Positions 31,301 through 39,396 of a stretch of DNA of 61,349 nucleotides are shown piece after piece; positions within the stretch are counted from its first letter, which is position 1, and every line of letters begins with the position of its first letter. A program made the position numbers and the translations under genes. The notes below the pieces were generated by a model, which saw nothing but the letters and a program-made list of their open reading frames with translations, was not told where the DNA came from and made no database searches. This DNA is from a virus (Duplodnaviria; Caudoviricetes). Location: positions 1 to 61,349 of IMG/VR virus record IMGVR_UViG_3300028383_000142. One strand, 5' to 3'.

Positions 31301-31870
31301 CGGGTTCTCTGATGCGGGGAGGACACGGAACCGATACTCGGTGTAATTGGAGTCATCGATAACATCGGTCGTGACGACACACAGTTCCGAGGCATCAAAG
31401 GACCCCTTGGTCGTGTTCTCGGCAGAGGAAGTGTACTCGACAATAAATCCTTCGGGGATGTTGTTATCAGGATCTGGACTCTGGTGAGCATGAATCAGTG
31501 CCTCTACACCAGCAGTTCCAGTGGGATCACCCTGAACACCACGGCCAACGGCAGTCTTGTCGATTACCCCATCGATTTCTGCCGACGTGGCAGTCGAAGT
31601 CCCCGTTTCTACGCCACCAGCAATGACGACCTTTTCGACGCCATCGATCTTGATGTACCGACGACGAAGCGCCTCCATCCGACCGGGAATGACGACCGAT
31701 CCCTCCTTGAACATATGGCGTCCATGCTTGGAGATCTGGTCTTGCAGAATTGCCTGTGCCTGATTCAGTTCACGAGTCTGAACTGCGTACCCCGGACGAA
31801 AAAGAACTCGAAGGAACTTCTTGGCCTCATCAAAGTCGTCAAAGTACGGTGCCGTGTTAAAGTCTACCAT
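25394..31870 (-). CDS. DUF4815 / VrlC-like giant virion (baseplate-associated) protein
   Basis: FNTAPYFDDFD..VLFRPGYAVQTRELNQ; APGAHRYK; LARRTFNESGNY; RRYTMRDIG; FKNGFVVDNF; DPVAQTF; GSFFKSQNSSTW. Confidence 0.9.
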   Translation of the reverse strand: MVDFNTAPYFDDFDEAKKFLRVLFRPGYAVQTRELNQAQAILQDQISKHGRHMFKEGSVVIPGRMEALRRRYIKIDGVEKVVIAGGVETGTSTATSAEIDGVIDKTAVGRGVQGDPTGTAGVEALIHAHQSPDPDNNIPEGFIVEYTSSAENTTKGSFDASELCVVTTDVIDDSNYTEYRFRVLPASENPTGIGSVAELQRGVYFIRDQFVVVDSETKIIDAYSTQTPASVGFRVFEDIVTPEEDPTLNDNANGTYNFGAPGAHRYKVDTQLEVKYLEFTTDPDTGETVKTPIRDDNYIEVMQFEGGVEQEHTVVADYSELEKTLARRTFNESGNYSVRPFKVEVKEKRSNNRSVWQQGRFYLQGDIVSDNGNYYVAKTSGTSGPNAPSDVIGTSVENLPDGGLASNVVWSYEPNPQFNGGTTADLDQTEQEALTQEGQLSVLVEPGKGYIKGYEVEKISTTPVDIQKARTSETVRNDSLGGPLGNYVRIQNVNGTPDIQNLVEVELVDSIHNDDSLSEVIGSARIRGFERFGDEYRLYLFNVQINPDSCFSNCVKQIRNSDFYADVVNVTTVDSQGSVSTSGTATVIGSGTRFTQEFEPGNYIEVSGTFHRIASVDSDSQMTLNAAPAVDFDGDAYRLVTTQVNSPQTQLTIYPMFYEAIRTVTGDDGLPEVEYTVVQKFENVTSTNGVLQVSRTSATDAGGSGIGTRFSTSVEPQEIHVTQPNTTSQDNPIIPVDGVSASLGEVTTDVIEINGLPNGAYTILAPVIKEDPQRSGPKSKSLESDRIDIIDAEALQNRRISLSRADVFRIVRISMAASASGDEYDPAGEVDITDWFELDNGQRDTFYDLGAIVRRPEYAAPTGYIRIDFEYFSHGNEGDYFSIDSYPVRESEVPVYETENGVLPLANVLDFRPVIDNSGSTFVGTGGSVSLPPKPGEELTATYQYYKGRFDKIAVDSKGDVLDVKGTPATEPSIPESVSDTMDIVELEVPPYTFSPDDVNINKIDNRRYTMRDIGDLERRIDRLEFYTSLNLLEQQAASLEIPDEEDPRFNRFKNGFVVDNFAGHSTGDTTANDYRAAIDMENQELRPTVYSENVNLIEASSSQSDRLSSGYQITGDMLTLPYENRTFIEQPFATTVENVNPYAVFTFIGSASLNPFSDQWFDTEEVPPIINDVEGNFNAVRDNAASAGILGTVWNGWQTQWTGVRTERRGRRRSTIRTTRERRTGVRTSVRATFSREVVEEDRVISTSAIPFIRSRKVAFLARGLKLGTRIYPYFDGVDVSQYVTPGARLEYGPAVEGQDSEIFDFETNAGASADEIARQIGGDTEEHLNKGDVVYVSKRNGRAFSTPEASPCTAVVLLQEVQPGGVQRSVLVANPRGNFEPGDEITGTISGSKGTVNNWNPSSSGDPLITNFGGDAAGVFEIPNNDQVRFRTGEREFKLLDNSDNDEFNATTRAREPYEAEGTLRRVQDTINSIRNGRIVQTRVDDTRTRSRTTRVTWFDPVAQTFYVEEPTGVFITSIDMFFAAADPEVPITLQVRDVVNGYPGQNVLPFGEVTLTPYQLRDQQREVFGQNYGLSDRTVDLSDNESSEVDVGLAPDRPVRFQFESPIFLQEGFEYCFVLNTDSNNYYMWVSDLGAVDSYSEEGVQTRVFEQPYLGSFFKSQNSSTWTADQNRDIKFRINRASFQNVVSTDSGVSINDESIAPSGTATFHNQRLSKVELSRDPLFTRSGSRYVRILHQNHGFTQEGSTVTLEGFDPGTYGGIDADYLNGAHDIVHVTHDSYVFKVDVAATESTRAGGRGIHATRNVQYDGVQPIVPVQNFPQTRTDFVMKTVSGQTVFGGESPYVKDLTGVEVVENDNNLFNSPRLIASDQNEVVISGAQVKSAELDVDLYTSRENLSPALDTSRLSLTTFHNRVSNPTLFSSTYRPTESEEQQVDGTVFDRVGILYDDTVNIILDGTEIRTTNTSIQSSFRDLQIGQIIEVSNADNNSNDGQYTIVRIAEDGSVVTLDREFSVTENPAGASSGGVAIAYYNNYIAEISPDAGTTAAKYMTQRVDLSEAASNSTALNIRFAAFIPSGAAIDVYYKTKLSADDTTYSNIPWVSAGTVGPNASEGFTDREIRVNGIPTFDIASVKLVMRSDSSSNVPLAKDLVIVANA

Positions 31871-31891
31871 TGATATCCTCTTGAGAAACTT

Positions 31892-33460
31892 TTAGTACTC
31901 CATCACCAGAGTAATTGACTCGATTTGGTCGCTCGACCGATCAATCGGTTCTCGGTTATTTATAAACAAAACCTGACCAGAATATGGCTCAACTTCTGGG
32001 GAAATAATTTCAGTGATCGTTGCCAGTTCACCGGAGTTCGACCCGCGAATTGTCTCTCCGATCTCGAAGTCGATTGAGTTGGAAATCTCATCATCTCGAA
32101 CAACCCGGAGCGTGTTGTCATTCAGAAGATCGATCTGAAGACCCCGAGCGCCAGAGGTCTGACCGATAATCGCTTCGTCTTCTGAAAATGATACGTTCGA
32201 AGTATCTAGTGTAAGCCGATATTTTGCGTCGAGTGTGCCGATATTCGTCGGCTCATCGGTATTTGACCCAAAGGCCAGTGGCCGGTATAACAGACCGATA
32301 CGGCGAAAATCATTACCAACCGTAAAATCACCTTCACCTTCCTCGTATGCAAACCGAAGATTTAGGAGCGCATACCGGCAAAGAAGTTCGTTTTCTGGAT
32401 TGGCACCATGTCCACCACGCGGAGAGATAATGGGTTTTACCTCTGCGGGACTGGTTGATGATCCGACAACCGTAGCCGTTGCTTTTCTGAATCCCTTGCC
32501 AGATTTGCCGATATCGACATATGTATTTACTACCGCACCCGATGCATCGGTCTCGGCAAGGCCCTTGCACGATGACTGGACGATCTGGCACTCCCCTTCA
32601 AAATAACCTGACCCACCAATCACAACAGTCACGTCCTGAATCTGGCCGTCTGCGTTAGTGTTCGCAGTGCCATATGCAGTTTGGTTTGCCCCTGTCGTTG
32701 TATTGACCTGCCGAAATGCAACAGGGATGTTTGAGTCGGGGGCATACGGATAGTCAGACCCCGGATTCATACCTGCCGATGTTGCATCGACAATCGAACC
32801 ATTTGCATCAACTGTGATCGACGCCCTTGCAGATGCATTCTCATCGCCATCGCCATCGATATATACCGGGATAGTAGAGTCGGGCGCGTACCCTGTACCC
32901 GGCGTGACAACATACATGTTCTCGATCGAACCATCGATTGCATTATTCACAACTGTTTCGTCGGTTGTCACGGGGAGATAACCGGGTGCAAAAAACTTGC
33001 GGTACAGTGAATCAGACAGTGTAAACATGTACTTCCACTTGTACCCATCAGACTTTTCAGTGATATCGGTGATCGTGTGTGTCGGCTTTACAGTTGAAGC
33101 CCCTCCGTTGTTATTGGAGATGCACTTATACACCTTGTTTTCATCTGTAAAAACAAAGTATTCCTTGTTCGACAGGTCGGTATCATGGCGATATTCGTCA
33201 TACACCACCCCGGATGTCCAATCAACACGGCGGAAACCAAGGTTGGTATCCCGAAAATCAATACGCTTCATGGCCGTCATGTCATGCCATGCACGATATG
33301 CCTCCTCGATACTGTTCTCGGGTACTGGAGGATTCTGATCATCGGACCATGGGTAGGTTCGGCCATAGAAAATATAAAAACTAGAGAAGTCCGCTCGGAT
33401 TGATTCAACCAGATCCGATGCATTTCTCACCGAGATGTTATTAGTAAGTGTCGATGGCAT
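31892..33460 (-). CDS. gp8: Baseplate wedge subunit gp8
   Basis: RRVDWTSGVVYDEY..VYKCISN..DGYKWKYMF; GGHG; DFRRIGL; YSGQVLFINNR. Confidence 0.85.
   Translation of the reverse strand: MPSTLTNNISVRNASDLVESIRADFSSFYIFYGRTYPWSDDQNPPVPENSIEEAYRAWHDMTAMKRIDFRDTNLGFRRVDWTSGVVYDEYRHDTDLSNKEYFVFTDENKVYKCISNNNGGASTVKPTHTITDITEKSDGYKWKYMFTLSDSLYRKFFAPGYLPVTTDETVVNNAIDGSIENMYVVTPGTGYAPDSTIPVYIDGDGDENASARASITVDANGSIVDATSAGMNPGSDYPYAPDSNIPVAFRQVNTTTGANQTAYGTANTNADGQIQDVTVVIGGSGYFEGECQIVQSSCKGLAETDASGAVVNTYVDIGKSGKGFRKATATVVGSSTSPAEVKPIISPRGGHGANPENELLCRYALLNLRFAYEEGEGDFTVGNDFRRIGLLYRPLAFGSNTDEPTNIGTLDAKYRLTLDTSNVSFSEDEAIIGQTSGARGLQIDLLNDNTLRVVRDDEISNSIDFEIGETIRGSNSGELATITEIISPEVEPYSGQVLFINNREPIDRSSDQIESITLVMEY
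31957..31964 (-). promoter_or_regulatory. Late promoter TATAAATA inside the gp8 3' end, upstream of the DUF4815 gene
   Basis: tatttata on the + strand. Confidence 0.6.
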
Positions 33461-33469
33461 TTTGCTTAT

Positions 33470-34978
33470 CTAATCCTGTATAACAGAGACTTCGCGGACG
33501 AATTCCTGATCTCGATCTTCGGTCGCAACGACGATATTGTAGTATTCCGACCCAAGATAATCAGAGGCAAAGTATTCGGACGTGTCCTGAGTGTACGGCT
33601 CAGACAACCGGTTAAAGTATTCGATACCTGCATACGCCTCGGCAAAGTGTACGTCCGAAGGTTCGGCATAATCCTGTGCAAAGCCAAGGGGACGCGATTC
33701 GATCCTTGGCTTTTCAGTTAGAATATATTTAGGCGGTTCGGTGATCGCCGTGAATATCGTTGAATCGTCGATCGAGTTATCAAGGACATCAGACAGGCGG
33801 ATGTTCCCAAATACTGCGATACCACCCGGATGAACTGTTCGCTTCAGTGCATCGATCCATATCCTTGACGGGTAGTTGGTCGTCACCTCGTACGAAAACT
33901 TCTGATAGAACTCCGAGTCTTGCAAGACGATCGATTCGTCAAGCTGACCCCTCACTCCCTCATACTCACCATCAGTGGTTACGATGCCCGAGTATTGAAT
34001 CTCAAAGTCGGCACCACTACCCGATTCTGTGTCGATCTCAAAAGCAACTTCGGACGGTCCGACCTGAACATCATCGGCATATCGATAGATCAGGAAGTCG
34101 CGGAGATAGTACACCTCCGTTTCATTGGCCTGTTTGACATGGGTAGGTGTGTTACCGGCACCGTAGTTTGAAAACCGGACATTGCTGATCGTACCGTTTT
34201 CATCAACTGCCGATACATAGGCCGTAAAGGTAAAGCCCTCAAGTCCCTTGGCGCGAATGCGATCACCAAGTTCGTACCCCGATCCACCAGACAAAATCGT
34301 AAGATCAGATGCCGAACGGTACACCTCACCGATGACCGAGCCGTCGGTCGTGCGTACCCGCGAGCGCGGGACAAACTCACCGATGACCGAGTTGCTTGTC
34401 AGGTTAAGTTCATAAATCTCACCATCGGCATACAGTCGCCGTTCAATACGATCAACCTTACCTTCGGCAAGCGATTCGATCTGCTGGATTGTCTGACCAA
34501 CCAGATCATTTGGATCACCCTGAATGACCGAGATCCGAAGCCGATCATCGACGACCCACCGGCCATCTGACGGGATAAGAACCTGATTCCATGGATAGTA
34601 AATCGAGACCGGATCATCAAGAAACAGGGTAAAGAACGTACGAATGGCATCCTCTGAACCCTTTGCTTTCCATAGGTCAGAGATACGGTCATAGAAGACC
34701 TTGGGGTCGGCCTGATACTTGCGCGGGACATACAACCCGATCTCTTTTTCGAGTTGGTGAAGAAACTGGGTATCCTGATCCCGAACATCTCTCTGGTTCG
34801 GTAGGGTGTTCTGATAGTACCCCGACCCATGCTCATGCTCCAGATAATTGAGAAACTCACGAACAAACTCGACAAACTGGGGATACTCAGACCGAATATG
34901 CCCCGGTACAAATTTGTCGACCAGCGCCTCGACATGAGGCGACAGTTCGTTTCTGGAATTAGAACTACTTCTACGCAT
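33470..34978 (-). CDS. Baseplate wedge subunit (gp7-like)
   Basis: YPQFVEFVREF; KAKGSEDA..FF; PSDGRW; LQDSEFYQKFSY; VHPGG. Start placed at ATG 34978, overlapping the gp6 stop. Confidence 0.75.
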   Translation of the reverse strand: MRRSSSNSRNELSPHVEALVDKFVPGHIRSEYPQFVEFVREFLNYLEHEHGSGYYQNTLPNQRDVRDQDTQFLHQLEKEIGLYVPRKYQADPKVFYDRISDLWKAKGSEDAIRTFFTLFLDDPVSIYYPWNQVLIPSDGRWVVDDRLRISVIQGDPNDLVGQTIQQIESLAEGKVDRIERRLYADGEIYELNLTSNSVIGEFVPRSRVRTTDGSVIGEVYRSASDLTILSGGSGYELGDRIRAKGLEGFTFTAYVSAVDENGTISNVRFSNYGAGNTPTHVKQANETEVYYLRDFLIYRYADDVQVGPSEVAFEIDTESGSGADFEIQYSGIVTTDGEYEGVRGQLDESIVLQDSEFYQKFSYEVTTNYPSRIWIDALKRTVHPGGIAVFGNIRLSDVLDNSIDDSTIFTAITEPPKYILTEKPRIESRPLGFAQDYAEPSDVHFAEAYAGIEYFNRLSEPYTQDTSEYFASDYLGSEYYNIVVATEDRDQEFVREVSVIQD

Positions 34979-36788
34979 ACCGTGGTGTTGTCTGGTAGTT
35001 GGAACCCGAGAAGTTTTGACCCGCGACGATCGTATCGACCTGACCATTAACGGTCACAGAATCAAGATCGATTGCAAGGATATTGTTCCTGACCGGAGCG
35101 ATATCATACGAGTTGGGGATCGCCTCGATCTCTATGTAGTTACCCCGGAATGACTGGACAGTAAAGTTATCGAGGATAATCTTTGACCCAGAAATACGTC
35201 CGACATTCGATGCAACGATTCGCGGTGAGTCGGGCTGGCCCCTCACAACCTGAATGATCCGATCGCCATCCGAGTTCAGGACATCACGGAATCGACATGC
35301 CTCCTGACCATCAAAGGTAAAGAGAGTAGATGATGTGATGACACCCTCGGTCCGTGTTGTTTTGTACAGGTCGGTCGAGAAGTCGATCTCATACCTGAGC
35401 GGGCGAGTTGTATCAGGGATAAAACGCTTCTTGACAAACGTGCGAATGTTTGAGTTAAGAATCGCATCTGACGCCGAGTCAACAGCCGAGAGGAGTGCCG
35501 AGTGACGAAACACGGTATTGAACTGGTCAAGATTATTGACATTGTACTGTGTGATCGTATCACGCACCCGCGACAGTAGAATTGCCTCGGTCTCAGAAGT
35601 CTCGGTTGGATCATACTTAAAGAACACGTCCAGAGAAATATATGTGAACACCGGATCAATGATCTCGGGCTGGACCGTGACAACCGACCTTGGCTTGAGA
35701 ATATCATCGAGGATACGCTGTTTGTCCTCATCAGACAAAACGTCGGTCGTCTTGGGATTGATCGACACAAACACCTTTCCGTACACAGGCGGGTCATTGT
35801 CCTCCCCGCCCCATGCCTTAATCGAATTCACATTCGGGAAATTCTCTCGAATGATCGCCTCAAAATCCTTGGGAGTGACGGCCCGGTTCTGTGATGCATA
35901 CGACAGTGGGGCATTGTACTTGATTTGATCAACACTCTCCTTTTCAGATCCACCCCGCGCTGCCTCGCGAGTCGTGATGCTATACGATGAGATACCATTG
36001 ATCGCTTCGTCAGACGAAAAGATCGATGCACCGTTTCCAGCCGCTTTCTGGGTAACCAGATACTCGATCTCGATCAGATTCCCGTTCGAGAGTGATGTCC
36101 CGATGACCCCATCACCAAACGTGATCTCATACAGGCCCTCGGGGTTTTCAGAGACAAAAAAGACGTTTGACTGAGGTGTGATTGTCGTGATGTCTTTCCC
36201 TTCGTTGAACACCTCAAAAGCCTCGGATGTTCGGGTATCGTACACACGAACAATGACCGTATCGATATCGGCATTAGGCGATGGGATCAGGTACTTCTCT
36301 GCCGAGTCCGCGTCATACACATACTGGGCTGTCTGGTATGTTCCCTGAAGGATCTTGATGCTCGTAAACTCGGTGGTATCGGTCCGATACTCGGTGTCAG
36401 TGACAAACGGGTACGTGACATTCCCGATCTTGGCCTTGAATCGAAACCCCCGAGGGATAATCAGAGAGGTAGTCGCCGAAGGAACCGACACATCGACATA
36501 CGCAACAGGTGCCGATGCAGACCGTGGCGTATACCCGAGCATACGGGCATGACCGACGACCGAACCGCGAAACTGGGCCGTTTCGAGGAATGTCTCATTA
36601 AGGCCAAGGTTCGCGTTTACGGCATTGTAGTGGGTGACATATGCAAGGAGGTTGATCATCGACGAAAGGGCCGAACCCTCAAAGTCATAGTCCTGAAGGG
36701 AGTCCTGCCCCCGCATGTACTCTTTGAGGTTCTGCTGAATCGACTCAAAGTCAATATCCGAGACGTTCAACCGGTTTGTTTCGTTCAT
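34971..36788 (-). CDS. gp6: Baseplate wedge subunit gp6
   Basis: IDFESIQQNLK..DYDFEGS..LAYVTHYNA..ETFLETA; FGDGVIG; QNRAVT..DF; WGGEDNDPPVYGKVF. Confidence 0.92.
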   Translation of the reverse strand: MNETNRLNVSDIDFESIQQNLKEYMRGQDSLQDYDFEGSALSSMINLLAYVTHYNAVNANLGLNETFLETAQFRGSVVGHARMLGYTPRSASAPVAYVDVSVPSATTSLIIPRGFRFKAKIGNVTYPFVTDTEYRTDTTEFTSIKILQGTYQTAQYVYDADSAEKYLIPSPNADIDTVIVRVYDTRTSEAFEVFNEGKDITTITPQSNVFFVSENPEGLYEITFGDGVIGTSLSNGNLIEIEYLVTQKAAGNGASIFSSDEAINGISSYSITTREAARGGSEKESVDQIKYNAPLSYASQNRAVTPKDFEAIIRENFPNVNSIKAWGGEDNDPPVYGKVFVSINPKTTDVLSDEDKQRILDDILKPRSVVTVQPEIIDPVFTYISLDVFFKYDPTETSETEAILLSRVRDTITQYNVNNLDQFNTVFRHSALLSAVDSASDAILNSNIRTFVKKRFIPDTTRPLRYEIDFSTDLYKTTRTEGVITSSTLFTFDGQEACRFRDVLNSDGDRIIQVVRGQPDSPRIVASNVGRISGSKIILDNFTVQSFRGNYIEIEAIPNSYDIAPVRNNILAIDLDSVTVNGQVDTIVAGQNFSGSNYQTTPRYA

Positions 36789-37207
36789 TATCGGAGTCTC
36801 TCTATCGTAACATTCACCGAGGTGGCAACCACTTCGGGTGACTGAATCTCTACCTCAACCGTGATATCTACTTTGTTTCGGTCGGGCTGACCATCGACCG
36901 TCACGCCAAGCACCTCGACCCGTGGCTCGTAGTTTCGGAGCGAGGTGCGAATCTGTTCGTCAAGTATTGCCTCGATGATCGGGTCAAAGTTCTCGAACAA
37001 CTGGGATCGAATGTCACATCCAAAAAGCGGATCGAATGGACGTTCTCCCGGCGATGTGAGAAGGATATTCAGGACAGCTTGCTTGACTGCCTCGGTATCT
37101 CGCTTAATCCCAACACCACCCGTAACAGGATTGGCCCGAAACGAAAAGTCAAAGTCCGAGTATGCCTGTTCCCGCGCAACAATTGTTTGATCGATCGTAG
37201 AAGCCAT
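36788..37207 (-). CDS. gp25: Baseplate wedge subunit gp25
   Basis: YSDFD..AVKQAVLNILLT.PGERPFDP.FG..LFE..YEPRV. Confidence 0.92.
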   Translation of the reverse strand: MASTIDQTIVAREQAYSDFDFSFRANPVTGGVGIKRDTEAVKQAVLNILLTSPGERPFDPLFGCDIRSQLFENFDPIIEAILDEQIRTSLRNYEPRVEVLGVTVDGQPDRNKVDITVEVEIQSPEVVATSVNVTIERLR

Positions 37208-37212
37208 ACAGT

Positions 37213-37220
37213 TATTTATA
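37213..37220 (-). promoter_or_regulatory. Late promoter TATAAATA 5 nt before the gp25 ATG
   Basis: TATAAATA-ACTGT-ATG. Confidence 0.7.
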
Positions 37221-37221
37221 C

Positions 37222-37515
37222 TTACCCACCGGCAAACACATTACCCGATCCCGCTGCGACAGCAGAACCACATGCGACAGGATCACCAATTCTTCCCAGT
37301 TGCAGACCGTTTGCAAAAACCGTTCCGGATCCAGCAGCAAGGCTTGATCCATGTGGAGATGACGGAGACGAAGAACCGTGTGCGGACCATCCATCACTTT
37401 GTCGATGGACGGCAATACCGTTCGCAAATACATCAGGACTACCGCCTGACGAAGGACGAGGGCCAAAAGAACCATGGCCCGTGCACGCATCACCAAGTCG
37501 AGTAACTGGAGGCAT
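37222..37515 (-). CDS. PAAR-domain spike tip protein (gp5.4-like)
   Basis: MPPVTRLGDACTGHG..GSPDVFANG..H..GSGTVFANG..RIGDPVACG; RBS AGGAG. Confidence 0.9.
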   Translation of the reverse strand: MPPVTRLGDACTGHGSFGPRPSSGGSPDVFANGIAVHRQSDGWSAHGSSSPSSPHGSSLAAGSGTVFANGLQLGRIGDPVACGSAVAAGSGNVFAGG

Positions 37516-37527
37516 GTACAATATCTC

Positions 37528-38100
37528 CTATACGTTTGAAAGAGGAGGAAAGTTACCGATTGATTTTTGATACTCAAGGTATTCTTCGGCTGATACAGGT
37601 TCACCATTAACGATAAATGTATTACCATATTCGGCAGAATAGTCACGAATAAATTGATCGCGATCAGAGGAGTAGTTATTAATCACAAGAATCGAACAAT
37701 CCTGATCCGCATAATATACGGGTTCGGAAACAACAAAGGCTCGAATCGTAAATTCGGCAAGATACTGGCCCGCTTGAGCCGACCCGTATGTTCCATAATT
37801 TGAACCATCTCTCGCAATCGTGAACCCAGATGGCTTTTGAAACTCATCAACCCATGTATCAAGATCAATTACAGTTCCAGAAATAAAACCGGTTTGAGCA
37901 TTGATTGATAGATCATTGGGTAGTTGACCTTCAATTATCTCATAATTAATCTCACCGCCACTCTGTGAGTCAACTGCATTGACCTGATATTCAAAATCAA
38001 ATAATTCACGAGGATTTGCTGATGTAGGTGTCCCAGTGAATTCGTTGGTCAACTGTCCACCGGCAGTTGTAAATTCGACTAAATGGGGTACTGTACTCAT
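37528..38100 (-). CDS. Ig-like baseplate accessory protein (gp5.1-like position), AT-rich
   Basis: YEIIEGQLPNDLSINAQTGFISG (putative Ig motif); lies between gp5 and PAAR. Confidence 0.6.
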   Translation of the reverse strand: MSTVPHLVEFTTAGGQLTNEFTGTPTSANPRELFDFEYQVNAVDSQSGGEINYEIIEGQLPNDLSINAQTGFISGTVIDLDTWVDEFQKPSGFTIARDGSNYGTYGSAQAGQYLAEFTIRAFVVSEPVYYADQDCSILVINNYSSDRDQFIRDYSAEYGNTFIVNGEPVSAEEYLEYQKSIGNFPPLSNV

Positions 38101-38297
38101 TATGATGTCGCCGCTTTCTGTGCTGCTCCCGGCTCGGGCTGACCAGAATACTTTCCACCGTCGGTAGTGGCTTTCTCGATTGTCTTACTCTCGAACCGAG
38201 GCTTGGTTGTGTACCCTGTATCGGCAACCACGACCTCAAAGTCGCTGCCCGGAGCCGAAGACGGAAGTGATGTTGGTACGATCGACGCGCTTGCCAT
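38100..38297 (-). CDS. Hypothetical protein
   Basis: 65-aa ORF tightly packed between gp5 and the next gene (TAATG). Confidence 0.55.
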   Translation of the reverse strand: MASASIVPTSLPSSAPGSDFEVVVADTGYTTKPRFESKTIEKATTDGGKYSGQPEPGAAQKAATS

Positions 38298-38298
38298 A

Positions 38299-39396
38299 TC
38301 AGTTCATAAAGATGTTGGAGGCTTTCTCGGTAAGGTTACCGCCAGCCGTATCGTTGATATTACCCGAGACATTAGTGCTTTCGTCGCCACCGATCGTTCG
38401 ATTCGAGTTTGCTGCCACGTCTCGGATGTAGTTTGAGTCCACGATGATCGTCTGATTCCCACCACAATGAAGAGAGTTTTCGCCCGTGATGGCAATCGAC
38501 TGATTGGTATTGACTTCCAGTGCGTCTGAACCGTCGACCTTACTCTCTCGGTTCCCTCGCACATACTCATGCTTGTTTCCATCGACCTCAAGGATATAGT
38601 CGCCCTGTACAAGCTGGCGCATGTTTCCCTCGACCGTCACATTCAGATCCCCTTGGATATACATGTTCTGGTCCTTGAGGGTCAGGGTATAATGATCCCC
38701 GACTACCTTGATTGTCGTGGTTCCATCATCAAGGATCTCGCGGTACGTTCCCGACTGGTGCATCTGCGTGATTCGTGTATTATCGGAAGTCGAGTCGTAT
38801 TCCTCGATCATCCCACCTTCATATTCACGAACAGCATTGTACGGGTAATTGGATTCCTGCTCTCCCCGAAGATCCGGTTCGTCCCATGTCACGCGCTCGT
38901 ACTCTTCGCCCCCGCCGCCCGGAACAACTGCCGGTACCTCAAACTTCTTGGCACGGGGGATCTCGGTGATTCGCTCCTTGACCCGGTTATCGTATGTCGG
39001 GTGTTCGAGCCATAGGTCTTCATTCGATACCAGTGACAGTTCCGAGTCTTTCCCCGTCCAGCGAGGATACACGGAGAACGGATCAGAGAACCCTTTGGTA
39101 TAGTCGGGTTCTTCTTCGTTGATACCGGGGATCGACCCGATGACCAGTGGGTCCTGCATGTTCTCATCAACATACATGACCAGTACCCATGTCCCCTCGA
39201 CTAACTGAGAGTGTGTCCCACCGGCTGTTGAATCATTCGGCGGCTGCACGACAAACGACCACGGAAGTGTCTCGATCGGAAGGTCGACCTTTCGCTCATG
39301 TGTATGCGCCCCAAACACGCGTACGCGCACGCGACCCATTCGCTTTGGGTCATTCCGATCTTCGACTACCCCGAGGAAAAACTGGTTATTGATCAT
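38299..39396 (-). CDS. gp5: Baseplate hub/central spike gp5 (no lysozyme domain)
   Basis: FLGVVEDRNDPKRMGRVRVRVFG.H OB fold; YPYN; H.SGTY.E; C-terminal V.G beta-helix repeats. Confidence 0.9.
   Translation of the reverse strand: MINNQFFLGVVEDRNDPKRMGRVRVRVFGAHTHERKVDLPIETLPWSFVVQPPNDSTAGGTHSQLVEGTWVLVMYVDENMQDPLVIGSIPGINEEEPDYTKGFSDPFSVYPRWTGKDSELSLVSNEDLWLEHPTYDNRVKERITEIPRAKKFEVPAVVPGGGGEEYERVTWDEPDLRGEQESNYPYNAVREYEGGMIEEYDSTSDNTRITQMHQSGTYREILDDGTTTIKVVGDHYTLTLKDQNMYIQGDLNVTVEGNMRQLVQGDYILEVDGNKHEYVRGNRESKVDGSDALEVNTNQSIAITGENSLHCGGNQTIIVDSNYIRDVAANSNRTIGGDESTNVSGNINDTAGGNLTEKASNIFMN

Noticed and set aside
14719-31870. Inteins or introns in the giant structural genes
   Set aside because: No intein splice motifs, LAGLIDADG motifs or frame interruptions seen.
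5276-33470. Genome-wide stop-codon recoding, suggested by several in-frame intergenic gaps (3, 6, 9, 18, 21, 33 nt)
   Set aside because: Conserved genes are full length in the standard code, all three stop codons end genes, other gaps are out of frame, and no suppressor tRNA is present.
38299-39396. gp5 lacking a lysozyme domain as a novelty
   Set aside because: Common in marine T4-like phages.
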